Assembly (NCBI GenBank): GCA_963716255.1
Contig: OY970303.1
Span: 7,648,001-7,712,000 of the forward strand
Origin: an uncultured Gemmatimonadales bacterium
GTDB taxonomy: Bacteria > Gemmatimonadota > Gemmatimonadetes > Longimicrobiales > Longimicrobiaceae
Direction of reading: 5' to 3'
Length of the DNA: 64,000 bases
Positions 18,666-27,600 of the stretch are shown here, piece after piece; within the stretch, counting starts at the first letter, position 1, and each line of letters starts with the position of its first letter. The position numbers and the translations under genes were made by a program. Under the pieces are notes generated by a model. That model did not search any database and was not told the DNA's origin. It was given only the letters and a program-made list of their open reading frames with translations.

Positions 18666-21600
18666 ATGGAGAACGTAGAGAGCGTCTATCCCCTCTCGCC
18701 CATGCAGCTCGACATCCTGCTCCGCTCGCTCCGCGCCCCGGAGCTGGCGGAGTACGCGGAGCAGGTCTGCTGGACGATGCGGGGCGACCTGGACGCTCCC
18801 GCCTTCGAGCGCGCGTGGGGCCTGCTCGCGGAGCGGCACCCGGTGCTGCGCACCGTCTTCTTCTGGAAGGGGCTGGACACTCCGCTCCAGGTGGTGCGCG
18901 GCGAGGTGGAGATCCGGGTGGAGGCCGCCGACTGGCGCGGCGTTCCCCCGGAGGAGGTGGAGGCGCGGATGGACGCGCTGGCCCGCGGGGAGCGGCGCGG
19001 CTTCGACCTGGAGGCGGCGCCGCTCTTCCGCGTGGCGTGCGCGCGCACGGGAGAGGGGGAGCACCGCTGCGTGTGGACCTGCCACCACCTCCTGCTGGAC
19101 GGCTGGTCGGCGGGGCGGGCGCTGCAGGAGGTGTTCGCGCTGTACGACGCGCTCCGCGGGGGCGAGGTCCCGGCGCTCGCCCCGGCGCCCCCGTTCCAGG
19201 CGTACATCTCCTGGCTCCAGGCGCAGCCGACGGAGCCCGCGGAGGCCTTCTGGCGCGCCGCCCTGGCCGGGGTGGGCGCCGCCGCGCCGCTCGACCCCGG
19301 CCCGCTCCGCGACCCCGGCGCCGCGGGGAACCCCGGACACGCGGCCGCGGCGATCCCCGCGGCGCGGCTGGAGCGGCTGGAGGAGACCGCGCGGCGCCGG
19401 CAGGTGACGCTCAACACCCTCTTCCAGGGGGCCTGGGCGCTGCTCCTGGGCCGCTACCGGGGGGACGACGACGTGGTCTTCGGCGCGGTGTCCGCCGGGC
19501 GGCCGGCGGAGCTGCCGGGTGCGGAGGCCATGCTGGGCGTGTTCGTGGGGAGCGTGCCCGTGCGGGTGCGGCTGCGCCCGGAGGCGGAGGCGGCGCCGTG
19601 GCTGCGGGAGATCCAGGCGGGGCAGGCGCGGGCGCGGCGCTTCGACCACTTCTCGGTGCAGCAGATCCAGGCGTGGAGCGGGCTGCCGCCGGGGGAGCGA
19701 TTGTTCGACACGCTGCTCGTCTTCCAGAACTACCCGCTCCGCGAGGTGGAGAGCGCGCGCATCGGCGGGCTGGAGGTGCGGGACCTCCGCGGCGTTCCCG
19801 CCGACACGGCGCTGGGGCACGCGCTGATGCTGGAGGTGGACGTGCGCGGGGAGGCCGGGCTGAGCCTGGCCTTCGACGGGGACCGGTGGGACGCGGCGTC
19901 GGCCGCCCTCGCGCTGGAGCACCTGCGGACGATCCTGGAGGGGATCGCGGCCGACCCCGACGCGCGGCTCTGCGAGCTGCCGCTGCTGTCCGCCGCGGAA
20001 AGAGCTCGGGTTCTGGAGGCGTGGAACGCGACCGCCGCCGCGTACCCGGACGACGCGTGCGTCCACCACCGGGTGGCCGCGCAGGCGGCGCGCACCCCTG
20101 AGGCGCCGGCGGTGGTGTTCGAGGGCGGCCGGCTGAGCTACGCGGAGCTGGAGCGGCGCGCCGCCCGGCTGGCGCACTTCCTCGCGGGCCGCGGGGTGGG
20201 GCCGGACGTGCGCGTGGCCCTGTGCATGGAGCGCGGCCCGGACCAGGTGGTGGCGCTGCTGGCCGTGCTCCAGGCGGGCGGCTGCTACGTGCCGCTGGAC
20301 CCGGCCTACCCCCGGGAGCGCCTGGCCCACGTGCTCCGCGACTCCGGGGCGCGGGTGCTGCTGACGGAGGCGCACCTGGCGCCGGCGCTGCCGCCCTCCG
20401 GGGCGGACACGGTGGTGCTGGACGACGTCCGGGACCGGCTCGCGGCGCAGCCGGAGCACGCGCCGCGGACGGCGGTGGGCCCGGAGAACCTGGCGTACGT
20501 CGTCTACACCTCCGGCTCCACCGGCACGCCCAAGGGGGTGGCGATGCCGCACCGGCCGCTGGTGAACCTCCTCGCCTGGCAGGAGGGGGCGTGGCGGGGG
20601 CCGCGCGCCGCGCGCACCCTGCAGTTCGCCGCGCTGGGCTTCGACGTTGCGTTCCACGAGGTCTTTTCCACCTGGACGACGGGCGGCGCGCTGGTGCTGC
20701 TGCGCGAGGAGGAGCGGCGCGACCCGGACGCCCTGCTGCGCCGGGTGGAGGAGGCGGGGGTGGAGCGGTTGTTCCTCCCCTGGGCGGCGCTGCAGCAGGT
20801 GGCCGAGCGGGCGGTGGAGCGCGGCGTCGTGCCGCCGCGGCTCCGCGAGGTGCAGACGGCCGGGGAGCAGCTGCGCGTGACCCCGGCGATCCGCGCGTGG
20901 ATGGCGGCGCTGGGGGCGCCGCTGCACAACCACTACGGCCCCTCCGAGACACACGTGGTCACCGCGCTCGCGCTGGAGGGCGCGCCCGGCGGCTGGCCGC
21001 TGCTCCCGGCCATCGGGGGCGGGATCGCGAACACCCGCTGCTTCGTGCTGGACGCCTGGATGGAGCCCGCCCCGGCGGGGATCCCCGGGGAATTGTACGT
21101 GGCCGGGGCGAGCCTGGCGCGGGGCTACCTGGACCGGCCGTGGGCCACGTTCGAGCGGTTCCTCCCGGACCCGTTCTCCGGCCAGGCGGGCGGGCGGATG
21201 TACCGCACGGGAGACCGGGTGCGCTGGCTGGCGGACGGGACACTGGAGTTCCTGGGGCGGGTCGACCACCAGGTAAAGGTGCGCGGCTTCCGGGTGGAGC
21301 CGGGCGAGGTGGAGGCGGCGCTGGAGCGGCACCCGGGGGTGCGCGAGGCGGTGGTGCACGCGCGGGAGGACGAGCCCGGGGAGAAGCGGCTGGTGGGGTA
21401 CGTGGTGCCCGCGGAGGGCGCCCGGGTGCGGACGGCGGAGCTGCGGGAGCACCTGCTGGCGTCGCTCCCGGACTACATGGTGCCGGGGGCGTTCGTGGTG
21501 CTGGAGCGGCTTCCGCTCACCCCCAGCGGCAAGACCGACCGTCGGGCGCTCCCCGCGCCGGCCCCCTCCGGTGCCGCGGAGCACGGCTACGCCGCGCCGC

Positions 21601-24600
21601 GCACCCCGGTGCAGGAGGTGCTCGCCGCGGCCTGGGCGGAGGTGCTGGGCGTGGAGCGGGTGGGGGTGGAGGACGACTTCTTCGCGCTGGGCGGGCACTC
21701 GCTCCTGGCGGCGCGCGTGGTGTCGCGCGTGCGCGACGCGCTGGGCGTGGAGCTGCCGCTCCCGGCGGTGTTCGCGGCTCCCACCGTCGCGGGGCTCGCG
21801 CGGCGCGTGGAGGCGCTGCTGCGTGACGGCGACGGCGCGCAGGCGCCGCCGCTGGCGCCCGTCCCCCGCGACGGCGCCCCGCTGCCGCTCTCGTTCGCGC
21901 AGCAGCGGCTGTGGTTCATCCACCGGCTGGAGCCGGACAGCGCCGCCTACAACCTCCCCTGCGCGCTGCGCGTGCGCGGGCCGCTGGACCCCGGCGCGCT
22001 GGAGCGCGCGCTCACGGGCGTGGCGGGCCGGCACGAGGCGCTGCGCACGCGCTTCCCGGAGCGGGGCGGCGTGCCGGTGCAGCTCGTCGAGCCCGCCCGG
22101 CGCGTTCGGCTGCCGCGTGTGGACCTCGCGGGGCTCCCCGGGCCCGCGCGCGAGGCCGAGCTGTCGCGGCTCGCGGAGCGGGAGGCGCGGCGCCCCTTCG
22201 ACCTGGCGGCGGGCCCGCTGCTGCGGGGGGCCGTGGTGCGGCTGGGGGAGGACGACGCGGCGGTGCTGATCACCGTGCACCACGTGGTCGCCGACGGCTG
22301 GAGCGTGGGGATCCTGGTGCGCGAGGTGTCGGCGCTGTACGCCGCCCACGCGGGCGGCGGGGACGCGCGCCTCCCCGACCTGCCGGTGCAGTACGCCGAC
22401 TTCGCGGCCTGGCAGCGGGCGCGGCTCTCCGGGGAAACGCTGGAGCGGCAGCTGGCCTTCTGGCGCGGGGAGCTGCGCGGCGCCCCGCCGCTGCTGGAGC
22501 TCCCCGCGGACCGGCCGCGCCCCGCGGCGATGGACGGCGCGGGGCGGCGGGTGGACTTCCGGGTGGACGCGGCGACCGCCGCCGGGGTGCGGGCGCTGGC
22601 GCGGCGGGAGGGCGCGACGCCGTTCATGGCGCTGCTGGCGGCGTGGCAGCTCCTGCTGGCGCGCGGGTCGGGGCAGGAGGACGTGGTGGTGGGCACCCCC
22701 GTGGCCGGGCGCAGCCACACGGAGCTGGAGGGGCTGATCGGGTTCTTCGTCAACACGCTGCCGCTGCGGGCCGACCTGTCGGGCGATCCCGCCTTCGGCG
22801 AGCTGCTGCGGCGCGTGCGCGCGAGGACGCTGGATGCGTACGCCCACCAGGAGCTCCCCTTCGACAGGCTGGTGGAGGAGCTGGCGGGCGGGCGCAGCCG
22901 GGCGCACGCGCCGCTCTTCCAGGCGGTGTTCGCCCTCCGGCCCGCGGATGTGGCGGAGCCGAGGCTGGGTGGCGCCGAGGTGTCGGCGATCCCGGTGGCG
23001 GGCGTGTCCGCCAAGTTCGACCTGTCGCTTGGCCTCGCCGAGGACGCGGACGGGGCGCTCGCGGGCGGGCTGGAGTACGCCACGGCGCTCCGTGAGCCCG
23101 CGACCGCGGCGCGCATGGCCGGGCACTACGCGACGCTGCTGGCGGGGATCGTGGCCGATCCCGGCGCGCGGGCCTGGACGCTCCCGCTGATGGACGCGGC
23201 CGAGCGGCGCCGGGTGCTGGCGGAGGGCCACGGCCCGGAGCGCGCCGAGGCGCCGGAATGCGTGCACGATCTGATCGCGGGGCAGGCGAAGCGCACGCCG
23301 GACGCGCCGGCGCTCGCGTTCCGCGGCGACGTGCTCGCCTACGCGGAGCTGGACCGCCGGGCCAACCGCCTCGCCCACCGCCTGCGCGCGCACGGCGTGG
23401 GGCCGGAGGCGCGCGTGGGCGTGTGCCTGGAGCGCACCCCGGAGCTGGTCGTGGCGCTGCTGGCCGTGCTCAGGGCCGGCGGGGCGTACGTCCCGCTGGA
23501 CCCGGCGTACCCGCGGGCGCGCCTGGGCGCCATGGTGGAGGACGCGGGCGTCGCCCTGGTGCTCACCTCCACGATGCTGGCCGGCCTGGTCCCACACGTC
23601 GCCGCCGCGCTCGCGCTGGACGCCGTGGACGTGGGCGGGGAGCCGGAGGCCGCGCCGGAGAGCGGCGTGCTGCCGGAGAACCTGTCGCACGTGATCTTCA
23701 CCTCCGGCTCTACGGGACGGCCCAGGGGGGTGATGATCCGCCACGGCGCCGTCGCGGCGCTGCTGCACTGGCTCCGCGGCGCCGTCTCCGACGAGGAGCG
23801 CTCGGCGGTCCTGTTCTCCACCTCCGTCAGCTTCGACGTCTCGGTCGCCGAGCTGTTCGGCACGCTGGCCTGGGGCGGCAAGCTGGTGCTGGCGGAGAAC
23901 GCCCTGGAGCTGGCGACCCTGGGGGAGCCGGTCGTCCTGGCGAGCATGGTCCCCACCGCCGCGGCGGAGCTGCTGCGCTCGGGCGGGATTCCGCCCGCGG
24001 TCCGGACGCTCAACCTGGGCGGCGAGCCGCTCCCGGCCGACCTCGCCCGGGGGCTGTACGCGCTGGGCACGGTGGAGCGCGTCGCCAACCTGTACGGGCC
24101 CACCGAGGACACCACCTACTCCACGTACGCGCGCGTGGAGCGCGGCGCCGGCGTGGTGACGCTGGGCCGCCCCCTCCCCGGGACGCGGGCGTACGTGCTG
24201 GACGCGGAGATGGAGCCGGTCCCGCCCGGCGTGGCGGGCGAGCTGTACCTGGCCGGCGACGGGCTGGCGCGGGGGTACGCGGGCCGCCCGGAGCTCACCG
24301 CCGAGCGCTTCCTCCCGGACCCCTTCGGGTCCGCGGGCTCGCGCGCGTACCGGGTGATGGACCGCGTCCGCCGCCGCCCCGACGGCGAGCTGGAGTACCT
24401 GGGCCGCATGGACCAGCAGGTCAAGGTGCGCGGCTTCCGCATCGAGCCGGGCGAGATCGAGGCGGCGCTGCGCGCGCACCCCGGCGTCCGCGAAGCCGCG
24501 GCCGTGGCCCGCGGGGACGCCGCCTCGGGCGTGGCGGGCGGCCGGCGCCTCGTCGCCTACGTGGTCCCCGCGGACGGCGCCGCCCCGGTCGCGGCGGAGC

Positions 24601-27600
24601 TGCGGGCGCACCTCCGGGAGCACGTCCCGGAGTACATGGTCCCCTCCGCCTTCGTCGCGCTGGACGCGCTCCCGCTCACCCCCGGCGGCAAGCTGGACCG
24701 GCTCGCCCTCCCCGCGCCGGGAGACGCGCCCACGGCATCGGAGGTGGACGGGGACGCCGCGCCGCGCGGCCCGGTGGAGGAGCTGGTGGCGGGGATCTTC
24801 GCCGAGCTGCTGGGGGTGGAGCGGGTCGGCGCCCGCGACGACTTCTTCGAGCTGGGCGGACACTCGCTGCTGGCGGCGCGGGTGGCGGCCCGCGTGCGCG
24901 AGGCCGCCGGGGTGGAGCTGCCGGTGGGGATGCTGTTCGAGGCGCCCACGGCGGCGGAGCTGGCCGCGCGCGTGGAGGCGCTGCGGGACGCCTCCGCGGA
25001 CGCCGCTCCCCCGCCGCTGGTCCCCGTCCCCCGCGACGATGCCGCGCTGCCGCTCTCGGCCGCGCAGCAGCGGCTCTGGCTCCAGCACCAGGTGGCGCCG
25101 GCGAGCTACAACCTGGCCGCCGCGCTCCGGCTGCGCGGCGAGCTGTCGGCGGAGGCGCTGCGCGGCGCGCTGGAGGCCGTGGTGGCACGGCACGAGGTGC
25201 TCCGCACGCGCCTGTTCGTGGAGGACGGCGCGCCGGTGCAGGTGGTGGAGCCCGCCCGAACCTTCGCGCTCCCGGCGGTGGACCTGGCGCCGTTCCCGGC
25301 GGCCGAGCGCGAGGCGGCCGTCGCGCGGTACGCCGCCGAGGAGGCGGCGCGCCCCTTCGACCTGGAGGCGCCGCCGCTGCTGCGCGCCAGCCTCCTGCGG
25401 CTGGGACCGAGCGAGCACGTGCTCCTCCTCACCCTGCACCACGTGGCCGCGGACGGGTGGTCGGAGGCGGTGCTCGTGCGCGAGCTGGGCGCGCACTACC
25501 TGGCCCGGGTCTCGGGCCGGGAGGCCGCGCTCCCCCCGCTCGCGCTCCAGTACGGCGACTACGCGGTGTGGCAGCGCCGCGTGGACGCGGGCGGGGCGCG
25601 GCAGCGGAAGCTGGAGTCCTGGAGCCGCGCGCTGGCCGGCGCTCCCGCGGCGCTGGAGCTCCCCGCCGACCGCCCCCGGCCGCCGGTGCAGAGCTTTCGC
25701 GGCGACACCTTCCGTTTCCACCTCGACGCGCCCCGAGCGGGTGCGCTGCGGGCGCTGGCGCGCCGGGAGGACTGCACGCTCTTCATGGTGCTCCTGGCCG
25801 GCTTCGACGCCTGGCTGCACCGCTGCACGGGGCAGGACGACCTGGTGGTGGGGACGCCGCTGGCCGGGCGCGACCACCCGGCGCTGGAGCCGCTGATCGG
25901 CTGCTTCATCAACGTGCTCCCCGTGCGCGTGCGGGTGGACGCCGGCGAGGGGTTCCGCGCGCTGCTTCGCCGCGTTCGCTCCGCTCTGCTGGACGCGTAC
26001 CCCGCCGGGGACGTGTCCTTCGACCGGATCGTGGACGCGGCGGGAATGCCGCGCGACGCCAGCCGGAGCCCGCTGGTGCAGGTGCTCTTCGCTCTCCAGA
26101 ACACGCCGCTGGAGCGGCTGGATCTCCCCGGGCTGGCGGCGGAGCGGGTGGAGGTGGCGGGGCGGAGCTCGCGCTACGACCTGAGCGTTTACCTGCGCGA
26201 GGAGCCGGACGGCGCCCTTGGCGCGCTGGTGGAGTTCGCCGCCGACCTGTACGACCGCGGCACCGTGGAGCGCTGGATGCGGCACTTCGCGCGCCTGCTG
26301 GACACTCTCGCCGCGGACCCGGAGCGCCCGGTGGGTGACGCGGAGCTCCTGGACCCGGCGGAGCGCGACCAGCTCGTCCGCGGCTGGAACGCCGCGGAAC
26401 CCGCCCTGGACTCCGCGGCCACGCTCCCCGGTCTCTTCGCGGCGCAGGTCCGCCGCACTCCCGACGCCGTGGCGCTGGTGGCCGGCGGGGAGCGGCTTAC
26501 CTATGCCGCGCTGGAGCGCCGCGCCGCCCGCATCGCCCGCCGCCTGGCCGCGCTCGGCGTGGGGCCGGAGGTGCGGGTGGGGCTGCTCCTGGAGCGCGGC
26601 GCGGAGATGGTCGCGGCGATGCTCGGCGTCCTGGCGGCGGGCGGCGCGTACGTCCCCCTGGACCCGGAGTACCCGGCCGAACGGCTCGCCTTCATGCTGG
26701 CCGACAGCGGCGCCCGGGTGCTGGTGACGCAGGCGGGGCTGGAGGGCAGGGCGGGGGATTTCGCGGGGCAGATCGTCGCGCTCGACGGGCCCCCCCTCCC
26801 CCCGGCCCCCTCCCCCGCAAGCGGGGAGGGAGAGCACGACACGTCGGCGGGCGAGGGTCAGGAAGCCCTCCCCCAGAACTGGGGGAGGGTGGCGAGCCTG
26901 AGCGAGCCGGGTGGGGGCAATTCAGCCGACGCCAGCGCGCCGCCTGCCCTCGTCCTGTTCCCCGACAACGCCGCGTACGTCATCTACACCTCCGGCTCCA
27001 CGGGCACGCCCAAGGGCGTCGTCGTCACGCACGCGAGCGTGGCGGCGTTCTTCGCGGCCATGACCGAGCGGGTGGGCGCGGAGCCGGGGACGTGGCTGGC
27101 GGTCACCAGCATCGCGTTCGACATCTCCGTGCTGGAGATCCTGTGGACGCTGTCGCGGGGATCCAGGGTGGTGCTCCGCGGCCCCGGACCGCGCGCGGCG
27201 GCCGCGGCTCCCGCCGCGGCCGCCGCCGATCCCCGCCCGGGCGCGCCGCCGACGGCGTTCAGCCTGTTCTACTTCGCCGCGGGGGAGAGGGCGAGCGGGC
27301 GCGACGGGTACCGGCTCCTGCTGGAGGGGGCGCGGTGGGCGGACCGGAGCGGCTTCGAGGCGGTGTGGACCCCGGAGCGGCACTTCCACGCCTTCGGCGG
27401 GCAGTATCCCAATCCCTCCGTCACCAGCGCGGCCCTGGCGACCATCACCGAGCGGGTCCGCCTGCGCGCCGGGAGCGTGGTCCTCCCGCTGCACGACCCC
27501 ATCCGCGTGGCGGAGGAGTGGGCGGTGGTGGACAACCTTTCCGACGGCCGCGTGGAGGTGTCGTTCGCCTCGGGGTGGCACGCCGACGACTTCGTCCTGG

